Of a DNA stretch of 64,000 nucleotides, positions 60,011 to 64,000 are shown piece after piece. The position numbers and the translations under genes were made by a program. Origin of the DNA: an uncultured delta proteobacterium. GTDB lineage: Bacteria; Myxococcota; Myxococcia; Myxococcales; Myxococcaceae. The DNA lies in NCBI GenBank assembly GCA_963713045.1, contig CAVQKE010000003.1, positions 96,001 to 160,000 of the forward strand. Reading direction: 5' to 3'. A model generated the notes under the pieces. That model did no database searches and was not told the origin of the DNA. It was given only the letters and a program-made list of their open reading frames with translations. How positions within the stretch are numbered: position 1 is the first letter of the stretch; every line of letters starts with the position of its first letter.

Positions 60011-62540
60011 TCGCCGCCAGCTTCGTCTCCACCCGCCCGTCCCACGCCAGCGGAGGCGGCGTCACCAAGTACCGCCGGCAGCGCTCGGCATAGGCGGCGC
60101 TGGGGGGGTCCACCGCCGAGAAGCGCTGGAAGAAGGGCAGCGCCCCCTGAAAGTCCCGCGCCAGGTAGCGGGCCCGCGCTGCGTCCCAGCCGGCCAGGAC
60201 TTCCGTCAACGCAACGGGGACGGCACCGCGTTTGGCCACCAATTCATAGACGGGCTCGGCGCCAGCCAAGTTGTCCACCGCACGCACCACGAAGCCCGGA
60301 CCGGCCTGTCGCACCGTCTCGGCTGAGGCCAGCATCTGGGTACCGTAGTGACGGTTGGCCGCCTCCAGCTGGGCGCAGAAGGACACCGCGTCGCCCAACA
60401 CCGAATAGTGGGACTTGTGGGCGCTGCCAATGTCGCCAGCCACCACCTCGCCGGTGTTGAGGGCCAGCCGGCAGCTCACCGCCGCCCCGAAGCGCTTCTG
60501 CCAACTGGCTTGCTGTTGGGCCAACGCGTCGCGGAAGGCGAAGGCGCTGCGGCAGGCCACCTGCGCGTGCGCTTCCAGCCGCACCGGTGCCCCCCAAAAG
60601 GCAATCAGCGCATCCCCCACATACTCCACGTGGCCGCCGCTTTCGCGGACCAGGTGGGTGAGGCAGGTGAAGTAGGCATTGAGGAGCCCCACCAGCGCCT
60701 CCGCCGGCAAGGTGCGAGTCAGGGCCGCGAAGCCCTCCACGTCCGCGTACACCAGCGTCACTTCGCAGCGCTGCGGGCGAATGAGATGGACGTTGCGGAA
60801 GACTTGGGCCGCCGTCTCCGGGCTGACGTAGCGGCCCAGCGTCCCGTAGACGAAGTCCCGCATTTTCTGCTCGGTGCGCAGCGCATAACCGGTGGTGAGC
60901 AGGAAGGTGACGGCAAAGGCCACCAGCGGGCCGCCGGCGGCCACCAGCTGGCCGTCGGCCAACAGCGCGTGGCGTCCCCAGACGAGGTAGGCCGCCAGCC
61001 CGAGGGCCGCGCTGGCCATGTACAAAAGAGCGCCCAGCGCGCTGCGGACCAGCTGGCTGAAGCTGAGGGCCAAAAAGGCCCCGAGAAAGGCCATGGCGAA
61101 GGTGGCCAACACGTCCAGGCGCACCGGCGCCCGGACGAAGCCCTTGCCAGTCAGAAGGTTGGCGATGGACTGCCCGGTGACTGCCGCCGCGGTGACGCCC
61201 GGGCCGAGCGGCGTCGGCGCCAGGGTGGCGGTGGAGGCCGCCGTGTCCGCCAGCATCACCACGCGATTTTCAAAGTCATTGCGGTAGTGCAGTGGAACGC
61301 CGGCCTCGCCGTCCGAGAGGTTTTGCACCAGCCGCCAGGCGGAGACGGCGCGGGCCAGCGAGCCCTGGCCCGAGCGCCCGGGCTCTGCCGCGTCAAACCG
61401 CACCGGCGTGTACCCGTCGGGCTGCAGCGGGATGCTGTGGCCTGGGGCGAGCTGTAGCCTCCCATGGGCGTAGGCCAGTCGCCGCGGCGCAGACAGGGCC
61501 CCCAGCGCTGCCGCCAAGGGCAGGGAGGGGAGCAGCTTCACCTGGCCCCGGGGCGACAGGTAGCGCACCAGGTGGTAGACGCCACGCACCTTTCCGTCGG
61601 GGTCCATCGCCAGCGCGGTGTGGCCGAAGCGCACCCCGGGGGCCAACAGCGCCACCGGCGGCGTCTGCAGTGAGCGCACCACCGGCAGTCGAAGCGCGTC
61701 CAGTCCGGTGACTTCCACCTCTGCCAGGGAGACAAGCAAGTCCGCAGCGGTCACTTCCCAGGCCCTGTCCTGCGCGGCGAGGTCGCGGACTTCGGCGGTC
61801 CCGGTGAGGCCGAGGCGGCGTGCCACGGCGCGGCCCTCCTCCTCGGAAGCCACCGCCGCCCACAGGCGCGTCAGTGCGCCGTCGGGAATGGCGTAGGCCG
61901 CTCGCCGCTCAACCAGAATGCGGCGCACCCATTCCTCGACGCCGGGGACATCGGTGGCGGTGGCCACCAGCAGCACCGAGGGGCGAAGCGGATGCACCAC
62001 CGGCGGGGGCGGTGCGGCGGATGCAAGAAAGCCGAGGGCAGCTGCCGTCTTCGCCCGCTCCAGTTGGGCATGCAGCGCTTCGGAGTCGGCCGCCGGAGGC
62101 GCCGGAGGGCCTTCCACCAGCCGGCGGTCCACCACCACTGCCGAGGCCCCTTCCCGGCCGAGTTCCCCCACCAGCCGGCCCACCAGCGCGCCGGCCCAGG
62201 GCAATTGGGCAATCTCCGGGCGCGGGTCCTCCCGGGCGCTGGCCAGCGTCTCGTCGTCGACGCCCACCAACACCACCCCGTCGGCCGGCTCCGTCTGGCG
62301 GCCCAGCTCGCGCAGCTGCCAGTCGTATGCCCAGCGGTCCACCGCGTCCACTGGGGCCCCAAGCAAGGCCCGCCAGCGGGGGGTGGGGGCGTCCTCCTCG
62401 CCCAACAGTCCGGGAGAGGGCTGCGGGCGCACGGAAACCAAGGCGCCGAGCAGACTGCCGAAGACGGCCGCTTGGACCAGGCTGAAGCCAAGGACGCGCA
62501 GCGTCCGCCGCGCAGCAAAGGGCAGGAGCGGCGGGGCCAA
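59982..62540 (-). CDS. CHASE2 + class III nucleotide cyclase homology domain, degenerate
   Basis: CHASE2 (VVLVGVDDETL, DPDGKVR), three TM helices, GRYVSP, YADVEGF, GDALIAFWGAP, LGDAV. Confidence 0.88.
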   Translation of the reverse strand: MAPPLLPFAARRTLRVLGFSLVQAAVFGSLLGALVSVRPQPSPGLLGEEDAPTPRWRALLGAPVDAVDRWAYDWQLRELGRQTEPADGVVLVGVDDETLASAREDPRPEIAQLPWAGALVGRLVGELGREGASAVVVDRRLVEGPPAPPAADSEALHAQLERAKTAAALGFLASAAPPPPVVHPLRPSVLLVATATDVPGVEEWVRRILVERRAAYAIPDGALTRLWAAVASEEEGRAVARRLGLTGTAEVRDLAAQDRAWEVTAADLLVSLAEVEVTGLDALRLPVVRSLQTPPVALLAPGVRFGHTALAMDPDGKVRGVYHLVRYLSPRGQVKLLPSLPLAAALGALSAPRRLAYAHGRLQLAPGHSIPLQPDGYTPVRFDAAEPGRSGQGSLARAVSAWRLVQNLSDGEAGVPLHYRNDFENRVVMLADTAASTATLAPTPLGPGVTAAAVTGQSIANLLTGKGFVRAPVRLDVLATFAMAFLGAFLALSFSQLVRSALGALLYMASAALGLAAYLVWGRHALLADGQLVAAGGPLVAFAVTFLLTTGYALRTEQKMRDFVYGTLGRYVSPETAAQVFRNVHLIRPQRCEVTLVYADVEGFAALTRTLPAEALVGLLNAYFTCLTHLVRESGGHVEYVGDALIAFWGAPVRLEAHAQVACRSAFAFRDALAQQQASWQKRFGAAVSCRLALNTGEVVAGDIGSAHKSHYSVLGDAVSFCAQLEAANRHYGTQMLASAETVRQAGPGFVVRAVDNLAGAEPVYELVAKRGAVPVALTEVLAGWDAARARYLARDFQGALPFFQRFSAVDPPSAAYAERCRRYLVTPPPLAWDGRVETKLAATSLAAGRGE

Positions 62541-62543
62541 GCG

Positions 62544-62816
62544 CTACGTCGCCGGCGGCGTCCGCGCCGCTTTGGCCGTCCCCCCGCGCTCCAACAGCGC
62601 ATCGCGCCCACTTTGCAGCCGCTCGCGCAAATCCTCACGAAGGGCCGTCCCCGGCTTCGGGGCGAGCAGCAGTCCGAGGCCGGCGCCGACCAGGAGGCCT
62701 ACGCCCAGCGCCGTCAGCGTCGGCACCAGCCAGTCGCCGTTTCCGCGGCGTTGCAGGCCGATGGCGTCCAGAAGGTCGTCCCGGTCGAGATTGCGCAAGT
62801 CCTTGAGGTTCAGCAT
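62544..62816 (-). CDS. YtxH-like small membrane protein
   Basis: GLLVGAGLGLLLAPKPG.ALR motif; GGAG RBS. Confidence 0.8.
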   Translation of the reverse strand: MLNLKDLRNLDRDDLLDAIGLQRRGNGDWLVPTLTALGVGLLVGAGLGLLLAPKPGTALREDLRERLQSGRDALLERGGTAKAARTPPAT

Positions 62817-62869
62817 GTCCGTCTCCCGCTCCGCCTTGTGGGGAAGGAGCGTTTGGGGGTGAAAAAGCG

Positions 62870-63265
62870 TCAGGAGGGCGAGGGCACGTCCTGGTTGGAA
62901 GTGGGCCGCGGGCCGTCTTCGCCCGCGGTGGCGCCGGACAGCATGGCCTCGGCGAGACCAACCAACTCGCTGCGCACCACCGGCAAGGCGGCCACGCGGC
63001 CCGCCACGCCCAACAGGCGCGCCGTGGTGCGAGTGAAGAGGCCTCCCCCCAGCACGTAGCCCAGCCCGGCGGCGGCTGCCACCATCAGGTAGGGGTGGCG
63101 CTGCACGCGCCCGCGCATGTCCAGGGCCCGGCCGAAGTCGGCCGCCGTGTCGCGCAGCTCCTGGCTGAAGGAGCGTGCCACGCGACCGAGGGAGTCCACG
63201 TGCCGTGCAAAGCCGGGGGCGTGGCCGTTCCCCGAGGACTCCGCGGGAGGTTGCGGGGCCGCCAT
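62870..63265 (-). CDS. Hypothetical small membrane protein (YqjD/ElaB-like tail)
   Basis: VQRHPYLMVAAAAGLGYVLGG motif. Confidence 0.65.
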   Translation of the reverse strand: MAAPQPPAESSGNGHAPGFARHVDSLGRVARSFSQELRDTAADFGRALDMRGRVQRHPYLMVAAAAGLGYVLGGGLFTRTTARLLGVAGRVAALPVVRSELVGLAEAMLSGATAGEDGPRPTSNQDVPSPS

Positions 63266-63456
63266 CAGCGCGACGCCATCCGGCCGATGAGGAAGCCCGC
63301 GGTGAGGGCGATGAGGAGGCAGGTGCCCGGACGCCGCTTGATGACGTCCACCAGGCGCTGGTTGAAGTCCTGCAACTCGTGCTGGGCTTCCTCCAGCCCC
63401 TGTTCCATGCGGGCCTGCCCCTCCTTGAGAGTCTGCTGCAGCGTTTGTGCGTCCAT
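63265..63456 (-). CDS. Small tail-anchored protein (ElaB/YqjD-like)
   Basis: Coiled coil, then IKRRPGTCLLIALTAGFLIGR; GGAGA RBS. Confidence 0.65.
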   Translation of the reverse strand: MDAQTLQQTLKEGQARMEQGLEEAQHELQDFNQRLVDVIKRRPGTCLLIALTAGFLIGRMASR

Positions 63457-63502
63457 GCCGATTGTCTCCAAAAGGACTGCTGCCCGTCTTCCTTGAAGTA
63501 CC

Positions 63503-63709
63503 CTACCGCCGACGGCTTCCCAGCCATACCCCGACGCCCAGTGCGGCCCCCAGGGCGAGGGCCGGGTGAAGCCGGACGTAGGTTCGCCAGTCCAGCTTGG
63601 CCTGGACGGTTTGCTTCAACTCCTCGGCCGTGTCCGCCAGCGCTTCCCGCGTGCGGGAAATGTCGGCGCGCAAACGGGCCTTGTCCACGTCGGCCGGCTC
63701 AATGGACAC
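63503..63709 (-). CDS. DUF3618-like protein
   Basis: LRADISRTREALADT; HP..ALGAALGVGVWLG. Confidence 0.7.
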   Translation of the reverse strand: MSIEPADVDKARLRADISRTREALADTAEELKQTVQAKLDWRTYVRLHPALALGAALGVGVWLGSRRR

Positions 63710-64000
63710 CCGTCACCTCCCGCGTTTCAGCCAGCAGCATCGAGGCGCTCTCCCGCACCGCCTGCGCCGTTTCCTCCAGGCGCGGACGCCGCAGCGTGTT
63801 GCGGACCGCCCAGAGGCCGATGCCTCCAGCGAGGAGGTTGGCAGCCCCCACCAGGGCCAACGCAACTGCCAGGCCCACCAGGGGCGACAGGGCGAAGGCC
63901 AGAGCCAAACACAAAAGGGCGTAGCCGACGACAAGCAACGGCGTCACCAGGGCCACGGTGCCGGCGACCCGGGCCACCGACTGCACTTCCTCGCCGACCT
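63699..64000 (-). CDS. Phage-holin-family (YqjE/holin-X-like) membrane protein, 5' truncated by the window edge
   Basis: Two hydrophobic helices followed by P.LEET; sits upstream of DUF3618. Confidence 0.6.
   Translation of the reverse strand, partial: VGEEVQSVARVAGTVALVTPLLVVGYALLCLALAFALSPLVGLAVALALVGAANLLAGGIGLWAVRNTLRRPRLEETAQAVRESASMLLAETREVTGVH

Noticed and set aside
63699..64000. Prophage inferred from the holin-family gene
   Set aside because: No endolysin or structural phage genes; neighbours are chromosomal stress-type proteins

Overview
The window appears to join two unrelated DNAs at about 6120. Bases 1-6120 are visibly lower in GC. They carry a LysM/BON-like protein, YidB, the DUF3300-DUF2950 pair, a TPR protein and a frameshifted DUF4118-PAS sensor, in a style reminiscent of Acidobacteriota (inference). 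Bases 6121-64000 are very GC-rich chromosomal DNA whose gene content resembles Myxococcota. This part contains a rhomboid, a YhaM-like HD protein, an MshEN/HD-GYP-like/DUF4388 signalling protein, a holB-holA-ECF sigma-anti-sigma-CpxP-like-metG-HEAT-tatD run, MscS-cNMP, PolX, a Ser/Thr kinase-FHA-pseudoprotease-CPBP (myxosortase-like) cluster, a lidless Hsp70 with a J protein, speA with a DHS-like gene, and an Rrf2 regulator. A complex I cluster (nuoAB ... nuoCDGHI, no nuoEF or nuoJ-N here) is interrupted by an ~8.4 kb form II CODH-like coxSLM-coxD-coxE-xdhC block. Downstream are an orphan PTS EIIC, a thioredoxin-like [2Fe-2S] ferredoxin, a tandem array of DUF4398/OmpA lipoproteins, a degenerate CHASE2 cyclase and a run of small membrane/stress proteins. 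No rRNA, tRNA, CRISPR array or transposase was recognised. Several single-base frameshifts may be sequencing errors. All family assignments come from motif recognition by eye; no searches were run.
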